A stretch of DNA of 64,000 nt from Lama guanicoe (Eukaryota): NCBI GenBank assembly GCA_013239625.1, contig MU053629.1, positions 1,887,567 through 1,951,566 of the forward strand. Direction: 5' to 3'. The notes under the pieces are model-generated. The model was not told the origin of the DNA. It saw nothing but the letters and a program-made list of their open reading frames with translations, and made no database searches. Positions 1 through 13,151 of this stretch are shown in pieces (the stretch's first letter is position 1; every line of letters begins with the position of its first letter). The position numbers were made by a program, and so were the translations under genes.

Positions 1-1640
1 CTGGGATTTCCTAATTTTACCATTATATTGCTTCTTCCCTGTGTTGGATCTCTTGTTTCCTGGATCCCGTTATTTACTCTTTCTTGGTTTATTCATTTAT
101 TTTCATAGTGCACATCCTCCTATAGCTTCAGAAGAAAGAATGCATGAGAAGTCTTAATTTTGAGACCACATATTTTTAAAAACATCTTTATTCTATATTC
201 CAACCTGGTTGACAGTTTGGATGAGTACAGAATTCTCAGTTGGAAATAATTTTCCCTCAGAGTTGTAAAGGCGTTGTTCATTGCCTTCTAGCTCCCAATA
301 CTGCCTTTCAGAAACCTGAAGTTATATTAAGTTCTGACCCTTTCTTTGCATATGATTGTTTTCTCTTGCTGGAAGCTTGAAGGATCTTCTCTTTGTCCTC
401 AGTGTTCTGAAATTTCACAATGATGTACCTTCATGTGGCTCTACTATCCATTATGCTGGGCACTTAGTGGGCCCCTTTAAATCTTTATGAGTTCTGGGAA
501 TTTCTTTTATTAACGATTTCCTCCCCTCCACTTTCTCTGTTGTCTCTGGAATGCCCATTATTTAGAAATCAGATTCCCCTTAAATCTTACATTGTGTTTT
601 CTCCTATTTTTATCTCTTTGCTCTACTTTCCGGGAGACTTACAACTTTATCTTCCAAACTATTAAGTTTAAAATTTTTCTTTTTTACGTTTTTAATTTCT
701 AAAAGCTTTTCTGGGGGGGGGCTGCTCTTAGAATGTTCCTTTAAAAGTAGCATCTTTTCCTTGCTTCACAGCTGCAATGTCTTCTGTCTGAGAATTTTAA
801 TAACAAAGTATTTTTTGTGGCTGCTGTTGTTTGTTTTGGTTTCTATTTTATTCATGGTTTCCCTCTGAAGTCTGATAACGCCTGATTGTTCATATTTAAA
901 AGTGGGAAAGTGTAAAGTGTGAGTTCAGGGGTGGGACTTACGGATCTCACTGCGGAGTAATCTGACTGGGCCATTTTGTTAGGGAAGCCCTGTTGTCAGT
1001 GTGCTCAGATGTTGTCTTTGGGGCTGGCCAGATTCCCCAGAGAAGACTCAGTCTCCTGCCTGGAAGGTACACACCTGGCTGTCAGCATTTTCAGGTACTA
1101 AATGGGGACAGCAGGCAGTCAGCATGCACACAGGCATTTAATCTCCTGTTTTCCTGTATAGAATTCTGTCCCTAAATGTGCCTCGGACTTTTTAATCCAG
1201 AGACCCTCTATTTTGCCCTCTCCAAAGAACAACAATTTTGGTCTCTGCTGGGGAGGAGAGCATTTAGGGATCTCTGGCTTCCTAAACAGACCTAACCCAA
1301 TCTTCTTTATTTTAGCACATGCCGCTCCGCACCCACCTTCCTCTTATAGAAGGCAAATTTCTGAGCCTTTTGGGGATTCTCTTGTGTAAATAGGCTCTCA
1401 GTTTTCCCCTATATTAGCTTAGAATTCAGTTTTCTTGGGACTCCTAAGTCATTTAATAATTGCCCAACTGCTTTCCAGCTTCTAACATTTGATTCTGTTG
1501 CCTCCTCTTCTGTTTTCTCCATCCTTACATGGATTAATGCCTTAAAAAAATCTCTTTATCATTCTTTTAATGTTGTTTCAGGAGGAGATGAGAGTAGATC
1601 TGTATGTTCAGCCCATCATTTTTACCTGGATGTTCCTACA
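1..1640 (-). mobile_element. Ancient L1M/HAL1-like element (ORF1 and 5' region), degenerate
   Basis: T-rich sequence with L1 ORF1-antisense motifs (agaattctcagttggaaataattttccctcag; ttctgaaatttcacaatgatgt); a similar fragment lies at ~59850-60180. Confidence 0.55.
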
Positions 1641-2500
1641 GGAACACCTTCGGTTTACAGGACTGAAGCTATCTCGAAGCTGTCTAACTTCCTGAGAATA
1701 ACACAATCTTCATGTAAAGGCGTATCCTAGACAATCCAGCCTATCAAGATGCATTTCTATGTGCAACTGGCACGCCTATCACTTTATAAGAATTTATATT
1801 TGGTAGCTCTGGGTTCACTTGTGTGTCCCAACAGCTGATGTTATGTACCAGTATGAGAAAAATATTTAGATTAAGAGTTTTAAAATAGTGATATATATGA
1901 AAAGTTAAGAGGCACAAGATGTTCTTAAGTACAAGAGAGACTTGAGATTCAAAATAGTCCAAGTGAAATCAGAAATAATTCTCTGAGATGACACTTTTTC
2001 CAAGGAGAAGAAAGAAACAGCCCAGCTCCCTGGGTGCCCACTCATAAGTGGTTGAGTTGGACCAATGAACAATCTCACCTTACGTGCTAGGGCATATATC
2101 ATTATAATGAGCTACATATGCAGTCCTCTGTCCAAAAAATACTTATTTCATTAATTTCAGGTCTTTACAGTTTACACAGTTGACACTAACATACTTCTGC
2201 CTTGACATTATCTATGGTTTATGAGTGGATCAAGGCAGCAGGATTGGTTTAACCAGAAATCAGTATCAGAAATCTATAAACATTTCTTAGTCAGTGACAA
2301 CCACCAGCAACCATCTCAGCAAGTGGTTCTTACAAGTCCACCTGGGCAGGAAATCCACACATGGATGTTCAGTTAACTATAGAAGCAGCTCAACCTTTCA
2401 GTAAGTTTCCATTCTAAAGGGACTCGAGTTTCCAAAGCAAGCCAACATTCTACCAGCCAAGCTGGGAAGGCCAGGAAGAAGCAATAAAGGCAGTAAGTAC

Positions 2501-2611
2501 CTGCACTGATCCCCCATGGCGGTCTGCAGCCAAGTGAGACGTCAGGTACGAGGTATTGGTCTGCCGGCTGGGCTGGATTTCCCACTCTCCTCGGCGCTCT
2601 GACGATGCAGT
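2501..2611 (-). CDS. CSNK1G1: Alternative in-frame CSNK1G1 cassette exon, 111 nt: TASSERRGEWEIQPSRQTNTSYLTSHLAADRHGGSVQ
   Basis: cctaatgcctgagcag|ACTGCA...GTGCAG|gtactt; 37 codons, phase 0-0; matches the insert of the long CK1gamma1 isoform; inside ORF 2450..2671. Confidence 0.9.
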
Positions 2612-2709
2612 CTGCTCAGGCATTAGGAAGCATGAGAGCAAGATACGGAAGGAAAGGTGAAGCAACAGCAAGCAATAACAAAATCAAGTACATTAGTGTC
2701 CCTGAGGGT

Positions 2710-2715
2710 TTTATT
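2710..2715 (-). promoter_or_regulatory. Candidate intronic polyadenylation signal (AATAAA) for the alternative terminal exon
   Basis: AATAAA on minus strand followed by a U/GU-rich tract (ttgattttgttattgcttgctgttg), about 770 nt past the alternative stop. Confidence 0.3.
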
Positions 2716-3484
2716 TCTGTTTTGGATTTTGAAACTAATAAATGCCACAAAGCAATGAGAAAAAGACAGCTTGGCTACATTCATTTCAGCCTAATGAGCC
2801 AACACATGACAGTCTACAGCATATCATCTCTGCCCAGACACAGAAAAACAATAATCACCAAGAGAGGAGGTTGGAAAAAAAAACAACTATCAGAAGCTGG
2901 AATCATCTCTTATTTTCCATATTAGTAAAATCTCAGTAGCCACTAAGCAGACCAAATTCAGAATGTTAGGATCATTGGACAAAGGAACAATCATACCTGC
3001 AAATCATTTCACTGATTAAAGATCTGTCTAAATAGACAATAATCAATACAGAAAATTCCTAGCATTAGGAATCAAGATAATATTCCTTTTCCTTAAATTG
3101 GGAGCCCACTACTCTCAACACAGACTTCCACAAGGCTTTTAACTAAGATAAAATGAGTAGTGGCTGGAATATGCTTTCTTACCTAAAAGAATGAATAAAG
3201 TATCTCCTCAAGAGTAGGTTCACAGGCCAAGAATATGAAAGGATGGGGGAAAAAACAAGGCTACAACGTTTTTCAGATTCCTCTAGCTAACATAACAGCC
3301 TCTAGCCTGGAACTGGAAAAAGTATGAGATATGATTACTATGAACCATTTCCTCCCAGAAAGCAAAAGGTAGGATCCTTTCCCAGCAAAAGAGGGCTTTC
3401 AATACAGAAGCTCACTGGGTTCTGCTTTCACCTTTGCTTGCCATTCAGGCTCTCTTCACTCCTTCTTTACCTGTTTTTTAGATC

Positions 3485-3613
3485 TCACACTATCCTGATC
3501 TTGCTCATATGTGATATTTGTTCAGAAGAATCTGTCTGGGTGCCTCTTCCCCTGTGCCAGATGGCTGAGGAGGTGTTAACATCATGACGCTCAGCTGTAA
3601 CAGTCCTAAGGCT
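3485..3613 (-). CDS. CSNK1G1: Alternative C-terminal exon of CSNK1G1 (short-isoform type): SLRTVTAERHDVNTSSAIWHRGRGTQTDSSEQISHMSKIRIV*
   Basis: tttttgtag|AGCCTTAGG, in phase with exon 10; first 25 aa resemble the human short-isoform tail as I recall it (SLRTVTAEHYDVNNSAIWHRGRGT). Confidence 0.7.
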   Translation of the reverse strand, partial: SLRTVTAERHDVNTSSAIWHRGRGTQTDSSEQISHMSKIRIV

Positions 3614-4707
3614 CTACAAAAATGAAAGATGAGGTGTTGGAGAGGCAGCAGCGAGGCATTAGTAAATCAAAGTTTAATTGCTGCTGATATGAACAGCAGC
3701 AGGGGCTGGGATGTGATACTGCTGCTCTGCACGAAAACTAGTAAGGAGACTTAAATATTAGAAACGTCCGCAGCTATAAATGTTGTATTCTATAAAAAAG
3801 AAAAGGAAAGGTGAGGAAGCAGTAGTTAGAGGCTCCATATCACTCTCCCCCAGAATTCTGTACCTCCTTATTGACTAGAGCTGTTTAAAGCTCATCTATA
3901 AATCACCAAAAAGGCTTTTCCCGTTTAAAGAAAAAAAAGCATCCACCAGCTACAATTTACTTATCTTCTTTATTAATGGAGTAAGAAATCACATGGGTAC
4001 AGCACTATAAAAGACTCTGGCCACTTTTTCTGATATCCCTCAGGGAGTGAGCATATTCTGTAAGAAGGCAGCTGTATTAACTTGCTTGCTTTATAATTTA
4101 ACAAGTGAGGAGTTTAGTTCCATACTGCTTATCATATTTGAGAGAATCAAGCTATGGAACATATCCCCCGACTCCAATTATTTCTGCCAACAGAGGGTCA
4201 GATGTTTCGTTTTCCCAAAATAAGACTGTGGTTTATAACATAATCATAACTATTTTATAAACCAATATTCATATCCTCAGAGCACTTAATTTCATTTATT
4301 CTCACTTCTGGAGATTTAAGAATATCTCTTCCTCTAATATTATAAGCAATACGTGTAACTAATATCTATCAGTGAAAGCCTCTTCAGTTCTCTCTAGGAC
4401 TTATAAAATTGTAATGTTTAAGTAGATTATTTAAGCTCCTAACCTACTATACAGAATTATCAGTTCTCAGAAAGTTTAAGTGCCTAAAAAATATCCAGAG
4501 ATTTATAAGCCATTTGGTGGTGTTCTGAGTTCTGTGATACGTGTTCAATGCAACTATTTCTCTCATGAATACTCTGTTTTGCATTTGTTTTTAAGGCAGA
4601 TGAAATGTACTTAAAACCCTCATATGCTTTTGAGCTTAACAAAATCCTGGACAGTTGATGAGCTGTTATTTCTATTTTTACTGAAATGCATATCAGAAAT
4701 CTGGTTT

Positions 4708-4901
4708 GAGGGCCGAGCTCATTTTCCTAGCCGACCCCATGCTCTGAGGCTGGGGCTCTCCCTTCTGAGTAAAATGGCCCACATTCTGCCCACAGAACGT
4801 GTATCCTCTAGGCCTTTCTCTTACCTTCTGAGATGGCCTGTAATCTGTTTACGGAATGTACATCTCTCTAAATAAATCTACTTTTACTCAAAAAAAAAAA
4901 A
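4708..4901 (+). mobile_element. Polyadenylated 194-bp retro-insertion, ERV-LTR(R)-like, with TSD
   Basis: 13-bp perfect TSD AGAAATCTGGTTT (4695-4707 / 4902-4914), AATAAA at 4871-4876, poly(A) from 4890. Confidence 0.75.
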
Positions 4902-7900
4902 AGAAATCTGGTTTAATGCTACTGTCTGACTGACTCACAGGGATGTGTACTTGTTTACAGTCATTCTAGCGAAATAAAATAATTTGTTGGAATAATCAAG
5001 ATTTTTGTCTAAATGAAAGCAGCAAGACCTTTTTTCAAAGGCCTAAAAGTCATACTCCATCTCCATCCTCAAAGTGATGTACTATTTATCTTTAAAGAGA
5101 AAAATAATGTTAGTGTTCCTGATTGCTTCACAAATGCTTCCACTGTGACACGTGAACATACAGTGCCAGCCTGCTGCTCGCCAGTCCCTTCTATATCCAC
5201 TGACAGCAGCAGAACCAGGAGACAGACCTGAACCTGGGGTTGTTGGTTTATTTCTTTGGGAACTGTTTTTCATCACAATGCTAAACTCTACGGCTATACT
5301 GGAATTTAAGGGCTTGGACTGGGATCTAAAAGTTGAAGCAGAAGGGGTTATTTGCTAGTTTTAGAAACCAACTGAGTGCCAGGAGCTAAATGAAACCAAG
5401 GAATGTCAACAACCCCAGGACCCTGCTCGTCTACTTTCCCTTGCAAGGTGTTCTAGGCAAGGCTGTGTACACAGGGGTTATGATCTGGCGTCATCCGCAC
5501 AGAAGCCAGTTATACTAAGCAAACCAGCAGAGAAGACAGGCATGTAAACCCTTCATTCTTAAAGATCACTCATGCACACGTGTTTGCCTAAAAACCAATG
5601 GGAGCATCCATGGGTAGAAGAGTCATTCAGCAAAACCAATCTCTCTGCATTACTTGAGAGGCAAAGGTCCACATGGAGTGTATAAGTCCCCAAAGGCAGG
5701 AGCAGGAATCTCAAGTAGTGGGAGTTTCTTGGGGTAACGCTTTAAAATCTTCAGTTGTGACTGCACAACCTGCATGGAAATGCTTGGTCTACTACCTAGT
5801 AGGCGAATGTGGAAACAAGAAGGCAGCAATCCAGCACAGCATAAATCAAAGGCAAAGCTAGCAAACACAGAGAAGGGAAAACACGGAAGCCTGGTAGAAA
5901 AAGTCAAACCATCACATGTGCTTAGGGCAGAGGAGGTAAGTCTCTCCCAGCAATCACTTGGCAGGATTCATGGACAGACAGTGGGGAGACCAACACTAAC
6001 AAGAGGGCAAGAAAATGCAGTCTGCAAACACCTCAGATAACCACCTCCATCTGTGGCTTGAATATTATCTCAAATTTTTACTGGAGATAGCGCTACTTTT
6101 CTGAAGCACAAGGCAGGCAAACATCTTCCTCCCGTTGTAGCAAACAAATCATTAGATTATAGATTATATAAAGTTATTTTGAAAAATTAAGTTTGATTAC
6201 ATCTACAAAGAACTTCATTCATTTCACTTTATGGCTCCTAAAATGCTTTAAAAGTTGTCATCTATAGAGAATATTTCCACCTCCCATGTCATTCTTCTAA
6301 GCCTCATTATATAATTACATTCTTCAACTATAATTACCTAGAGACTGACTAGTACCAAAAGGTTAGCAATGAATACACTGTATTGCATTCTGTCTTACAA
6401 TTCTCTCAAGACGAAACAAAATTTTAATATAGTACATTAAAATATACTATATAAAACATATGTATTATTATACATACTATATATTAAAATATAACTTTTT
6501 AAATATAGGGGGCAGGAAAATGGTAAAGGAAGCATCTTAAAAATTTGGGGGGTATATATCAGACCTTAGGTATGAAATGAAAAAATGCTGGTAAGGTTAC
6601 TGAAGTGTACACTTAAACAAAATCAAAAATATCCTTCTATCAAGTTCATAAAATAGAGCCCATTTTTCCCATGCCAGACAGAGACTGTTACATGAAATCC
6701 ATCAGGTGTGCAAATAGTGACTTCCTGTATTCCACAAACTTGATTAAATATTAGTGATGTTTGAAAATCACCAGTAACAACCTGGAAGGGATTATTTCCA
6801 AGCCCAATACTACATAAGCCCACAGAGACAGTAGTAGCAATTCTGTGAAGTGCTGAGAAAAATCACAGGAACCATCCTAGAGGTTTGAAACTCTCTAGTC
6901 AAATCCTGCCCTATTTTTACTCAAATTGGCATAAGACACGTCCCCTATGGAATGACGATTTATCTAGGAAGGATTACTCAAGAATCACCTTTCTACAAGG
7001 AGATGCCTCAGAACACAGGGTGTCTGCTGACATATAAAGTTTTATCAAACAGTGCATACAGACAGAAGAGAATTTTTAACATGGGATAGAGAGTTAAGAG
7101 CAGACGTGAGCAGCCGAGACTAGGTGACGGAATGGGAGAAGCTAAGAAAAGAGCTGTATTTCAGTTTTGCACTTGCTTGTTTCAATGTCCCCCTAGGAGT
7201 TAAAGTCCCAGAAATGAGGAGGGACAGCTCACTCTGCACTGAGCTCTGTGCTGGAGGGTGGCAGGGAGAGTGTGCAATCTTTACACCCGAGCTCCTGCCA
7301 CACTAGACAGGAGGCAGCAAATTAGGAAATTACACGCAGGTCAGAAGGAAGCCAATAATCTCTAAGCCAACTCATCTGCCCCTTAAACCAGCAAACTCGG
7401 AAACTTGCAGAAAATGAAGCCATACTCCGGAGAAGGAAGGGAGTGGAGAATTCATCAGTTTTTTATTTTTTAAAACGCTACTGGACTTTAAAAAAAAAAT
7501 AAAGTTTTTGTAAAGATCTCTGACCATCTACTTGGGAATCTGGCCTAATCTCCCCTTTGGAAAAGCTATGCTTATAAGCAGCTTCATTCAGTAAGCACCA
7601 CAGCATTAAACCACAAAGTTTTTTCCTAAGGCTACATGTTCCTTAAATCTTTACTCCTTGGAGTCTAGACACAAACAGAACAAACCTGAACCACTTTTGT
7701 ACTGCGGTGTATCTTCTTCAGAACTCAATATGATTTGACTCTTTTTAAGTTTTGTTGTTTATTTCTTGTGTTTATAAGGGGCTGAGTTAGTTTAAATGTG
7801 GGTCTTCTGGCAGGATGAAGGATTAGCTTTACTGATCTTTGATCATATTTTCCTACCTAGTCAAACCGGAGAATTTACAAGTGAACAACGCATCTAGTAG

Positions 7901-8470
7901 AAAATTACAAAGATAAACTCTTTCCCTTACACATATGTTGCTCATATAAAAATGAGTAATATTTGAGGATTCAATATGATCAGGGGTAGGACACTATGTA
8001 TGATAGAATTTAATAATTCTTGATGGCCAGTATGACACCTTCCAACCTCAAAGCAGATCTGTTCTCCCTAACCTTCCAGGACAAGTACCCCTTTTTCAAA
8101 ATGCCCACAGAAACCCTACCAAATAAAAGGAGTCAATGGGAGAAAAAGGGAACTATCAAACTCGCTGAACTATGGTAGTATGTATTTGTGTAGCATTTAC
8201 TGAGTAAGGATGGTCACAAGCTTAGATTTCAAGTTCTGAAAGGAAATGTGCTGTTCTGCACATCCCAGTCAATGCAATATTCTACATTTCACATGTCGAA
8301 CAAACATTGCACACACTGCACACTGCACAAAACCCTTGACAGCACAATATACTGCACTTTCATATTAGATGCCTGGATACCAGCAGGACTTACTTTCCGA
8401 CCAAATTTGATCAGAATGCAAGGGAAGCTATGGTAGGTAGAAACAGGCAGAACCACGAAAGTCGTCATAC

Positions 8471-8526
8471 CTTCCTGATGGATGCAGGAAGTTCTAATGC
8501 AGAGTTCTTTAAGAGGAACCTTCGAA
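8471..8526 (-). other. Candidate 56-nt cassette exon with in-frame stop (FEGSS*)
   Basis: Long pyrimidine tract ending ttgtcctttcccag| and donor AAG|gtatga; no transcript evidence available. Confidence 0.35.
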
Positions 8527-9116
8527 CTGGGAAAGGACAAATACCAAGGAAAAATGACAAAAAAGACTAACCCACTGGGATCCTTCTGAGTGAATACAGC
8601 TTTTAGGAATGTTTCTTCTACCCAAGCTCATGATTTAATTACAGTTCTCTAGCTGGGTAAATTAATGTTCAAACAAATTGGTCTTAAGCACCTGGCATTA
8701 AAATAGTTTTAAAAGGTAGATCCAATGTAGGTGAGTTTAAGTGCAGTCCTTTGGCCACCACCATGTTGGGATCTATTACTGCATCTAGGAACCAAATACT
8801 CAATGCAATTCAATACACCTACATTCTAGACCAGCAAAGCAAATTTCCCCTGAAAATTCCCATCGTGATGGAGGAGACCCAATATAATCTCCTGAACTTA
8901 CTTTGCAGCAAGAAACTGCTGTTTTTCCACACCCTTCCCCTTGAAGAGGCAATCCAGCCCTACTCTGGCTGCCAAATAAGGCAGAACGGCACTTTGTGGA
9001 AACAGAAAAAAACGAGTAGGAAAAAAACTTTAAAATTTGTTTTTCATGGAAGGTTAAATAAAAATCTTTATTTTAAACAACCGTCTGGTTTCATCTATAC
9101 TTTTCATCTGACAGAT

Positions 9117-9245
9117 CCATTCATTCATCATTCAAACAATTATTTATCAAATGCCTACTATTCCAAATATTATTTCAGGTGTTAGGACTACAGCAGTGAA
9201 CAAGATGACAAAAATCTCTGCCCTTACAAGGCTTACATCTGTGGA
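9117..9245 (-). mobile_element. L2 3' end
   Basis: cattcattcatcattcaaacaattatttatcaaatgcctact...cagcagtgaacaag...ctctgccctt signature. Confidence 0.65.
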
Positions 9246-9529
9246 AGCTGAGGCCCTCCGAAGCTTAAATGTCCTATGGTCTAAGTCTTGGGATAAGCGA
9301 AAAGCAAGTTCTGAGCACCTCTGCTTTTCTCTCCTACTCTAAGTGCGGGACTGAACAAACAGAGCCTGTAATTCCCAGGCTGGCTCCTCTACCGTACAAC
9401 TGAGGGGCAGGTTTACCCAGGACAGGGCAGCTCTTCAGGCATTAGCATCACCGTCATGTCCACGCCTTGACTTCCAAATCTCTCAGGTTTTCTTTTGAGA
9501 GCCGTCCTCTGCCTGCCAGCCATCTTCAG

Positions 9530-10320
9530 CTGGAGTGCACTGCTAGTGTTTAAAACGCAAGATGCCTAAATTCATACTCCAAATAAGTTTCTTCCCCAAA
9601 TTTCCCATCTCTACGAACAGTACCACCTGCCTCCTAATGACCAAGGCTTAACATCCCAGCAACAGCTCTGACACACCCTTGTCCCTCAACCCTGCCGTAC
9701 ACGTTGGCTGCCAATTCAGCAGATTATATCCCTGTGTCATTTTTCAATTTTGTTTCATTTTCACCACTGCAGCCCATCTAGGCCCCCTTTACCTCTCAAG
9801 GGAGCTACTGTCTTACAGGTCTCCATGCTGGCTGCCAGACTATTACCCTCTTCTGTGCCAAAAGATTTCTAGGCAAAGTTTTTCATCCTATCATCCCTCT
9901 GTTCAAAAACCTTCAGTAGCTATTCCCTACTGGAACCGGTACTAACTCTCCCGCCCAGCATCTCAGAAGACTTGTCTCCTATATTCGTACCACATACTTT
10001 AGCAAAATGGAACTAGATAATTTATTGTTGCTCATATTCCCTTTTTGCTTGGAATATCTCCTTCCTTTCCACCTAATTCTCCCAAGAGCTTTTCAAATGC
10101 AGCTTCTTTCACGAAACCCTCTGTCATGCTCAGACTAGATGAACCGTCTCCTTCCAATCCCTGGAGATAGTAACCTGTGATTTGGGACGCTTATCTGTTC
10201 TGCCTTCTGTTCTAAGTTCTGTGCTGGCTACCTGGCTTATCCGCTCGTCAGAACTCTGAAGACAAGGACGGTATCTCCAGGACATACTTTCACATAGCAA
10301 GTCCTCAGCTAGATTTACTG
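9530..10320 (+). mobile_element. Degenerate L2 fragments
   Basis: Pyrimidine-rich L2-like motifs (ttcccatctc...accacc, ccctctgttcaaaaaccttcagtagct, cttggaatatctccttcc). Confidence 0.5.
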
Positions 10321-12039
10321 AGTCAAAACTGCTGAAAAAAGGTTAGGTGACTCTAAAGTAAGTATCTTTCAGTCTCTCTCAAGGAAAGATTTTACCTTCT
10401 TTTGCTGATTTCAAAACTTGAAAAGAATTAGTCTAAAAAAAAAATCACACTGCTTTTGATTCTTACAGCCATAAAAAGGACATAATTGGCTGCAATTTTT
10501 CTTTAAAAAAAAAAAAAGCATAAACAAACGACCCTAAAGACAGGACAAAAGCAATGAGACCACAGACTGAGGCCCAGTGTAAGGGCTGAATAGACACTAG
10601 AAATCCATTCACCCACAGTGCACAGTGCAGAAAGAATTCTACCCAGCAAGAATTCAGAATCCTGCTGGAAAGGAGGTATAAAATTTGCATTTATGTGGGG
10701 AATTTCAATCCCTCAGCAGCCATGGGATACTAAAAACCCTAAGAGGGAAAAAAAAAATTAAGCAAGACTTTCAAGACTCAACTCTTCAAACAGAAGCTTG
10801 CTGCCTTGCAGATGAGACTTCCTAATTACACACCCTGGTTTAATGACCTTTCATTAAAAAGTGCATGCACTGAAATTCACTGTACTTTTATTCTGATACC
10901 AGGTATGACCTCAGTTTTTACCCGGGCAATCTAGGTTTTTCAGTCATCTCTTTTTCCCATACTTTTAAAATTCATTCAAAACAGCAGCATTGCTTATGAA
11001 TTCACTGAAGCAGAAAAGATAAGAGAAACTTAAGTTTTTAAACACTCTAAAAATATGAGTGGGCAGACATGTTATGACTTCACTGACTACTTAAATTATC
11101 TATCTTTTCCTTTCTATACCTTTCCTATTTAAATGCGTTTCTCATTATAGGGTAACACAACTTCACTGTAGAATAGTTGGAAAAATATTATCCACAATAC
11201 TACCACTTCCAACACTACTTCTGTTAATATTTTGGCATTTTCTCCTCCCACTGATTTTCCCATTTTCCTTTCCACTGAGGGGGGAAAAAATCATGAGGTA
11301 TTTCTAATTTTGTATTGTGATTTCTTCACTATAGAACCATAAACATTTTCAGGTTACTACAAGTTTTCCTAAGTATTATTTTAAGTGGCATCATAATATT
11401 CCACTGAATGAATGCACTACAACTTATTTTATTTTAACCCAGTTTATTTGATAAAAGATTTGAACAGACCCATAGCCATTCCCTCATAACTGGATAGGTG
11501 GCTCATTTCTAAAACTTTGCTAGAAGTGGCCTTGTGAGAATTTAATGTTTACAACTTAATCTGTATGTTGGGTTGTTTTATTATGATTGATTCTAAAAAG
11601 TAAAATTATTATTTTACCAGAGAGGACAGTAACTTTATCAAATTACTTTCTGGAGAATTTGTAACAATTTGCAAAGTCAAGAGCAATGCATGAGAGTGTC
11701 CTGAACTGGACACTCCACACTTTAAAATAGGAGCTGAAGAAGTCAACTGTATTCTGCTGTCAAATCAGAAGTCGGTCAAAATATAATCCTTAGCTAATTA
11801 CTCTGATTAAAGTATAACCCTGGACCCAGTTAGTGTACACAGTTTGCTAAACCCCATTTTTCTACTTATTCTCCTATTTATTCTCTAATACAGATTTCCT
11901 TTCTTCAGACATTTTTTTCTTACCCAACATGCCACACACTTTGCCAAAAGTACGCACTTACTGGTGAGTGTACCTATGTTTGTATATGTACGTCACTGTG
12001 TGTACATGTGTGTGTATATAATTCTAGTTTTTTTTTCAC

Positions 12040-12228
12040 TTTTCATTTCTATTTTTTTAAATTGAGGTGTAGTCAGTTTACAATGTTGTGTCAACTTCTG
12101 GTGTACAGCACAATGCTTCAGTCATACATGACTATACATATATTCATTTTCATATTCCCCTTCACTGTAAGCTACTACAATCTATTGAATAAAGTTCCCT
12201 GTGCTATATGGTAGAAACTTGTTTATCT
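12040..12228 (-). mobile_element. Short L1 3'-UTR tail fragment (lineage-specific)
   Basis: ttaaattgaggtgtagtcagtttacaatgttgtgtcaacttctggtgtacagc...gttccctgtgctatat; homologous to copies at 29545, 35200 and 63141. Confidence 0.8.
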
Positions 12229-13151
12229 AGATACTATTTTTAACCTATGTACTTTCACATATACATCTGTGAGGTGTTTTTGTATTTTACTGTAAAAATG
12301 TCTGTGACTATAAAACAGTGAGGTCAGGGATGAGGGGGAAACAAGCTAACCTGATAGGTGATAATATTATTTGTGTGTGTGTGCATGTATCTGTTTGTTA
12401 GTCTTTGCTCACCTATCTATTGAGGTACTCATTTTTCTCTTAGCAATATATAGAAGGATTAAATTCATCATATTTACTTCCCAATCAGTTACCCCTTTGT
12501 TTAAATGTTGTCAACTTGCTCATTTTTTGGGGTGTGATTGCCTCTTCTGTCTTTAGGCAGAGAGAAACCTCTCATCCAAGCCAACAGCTTCCCAAACCAT
12601 GAACACTGAAGGATGGATGACTTGCCTTCTCTGGAGTGGTCTAAAGCAGAGCTGAGTGCTCCCTGCAGGGCCAGATCCTGGCTGGCTCTAGAATTAGCTT
12701 GGATCCAGGGACAAAGGTGGGGTGGAGGTGCCAGTTCATGTCCAGATCAGCTGGAAGTACACATTACCCACCCTTCTTAATCAGCAAGGGAAACCCAGCA
12801 CGGGTGAGTTGCACACCAGACTGCAGATGAGACTCAAAGTGGGCCACCCTGTTCCCCAGCGTGTCCGGCAGGTCCTCTCGGCCTATGGCAGACTGCCCCT
12901 TTCAGCCAACAGATACTGACAGGCTCGGCTTCCCTAGAGTGGATGCTTCCTGTAAGATACCTGGCCACGTCTCAGTGCCAGAACACAACCCTGAGGCATG
13001 CTGGAACGCCACACCACAGCCGTGAGAAACGGTAAGCCCTTTGTCTTTAATTTCAGTATATACACTTAAGCAAAGAAGCTGAAGGACTTGGGATTTTAAT
13101 ATTAACCATGAAGAAGGGGAATTTCTGAAACAATGAAGGCCCAACACACAC

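Noticed and set aside
1..2500. Final CSNK1G1 exons (VVSSTNGEL..., CCCFFKRK)
   Set aside because: Searched on the minus strand and not found; they presumably lie beyond position 1.
8308..8330. Tandem TGCACAC motifs resembling metal-response elements
   Set aside because: Short low-complexity duplication far from any promoter; no support.
8751..9185. 144-aa ORF, and similar ones at 61356-61820 and 23156-23515
   Set aside because: No recognisable homology; they mostly start at non-ATG codons or overlap repeats; expected by chance.
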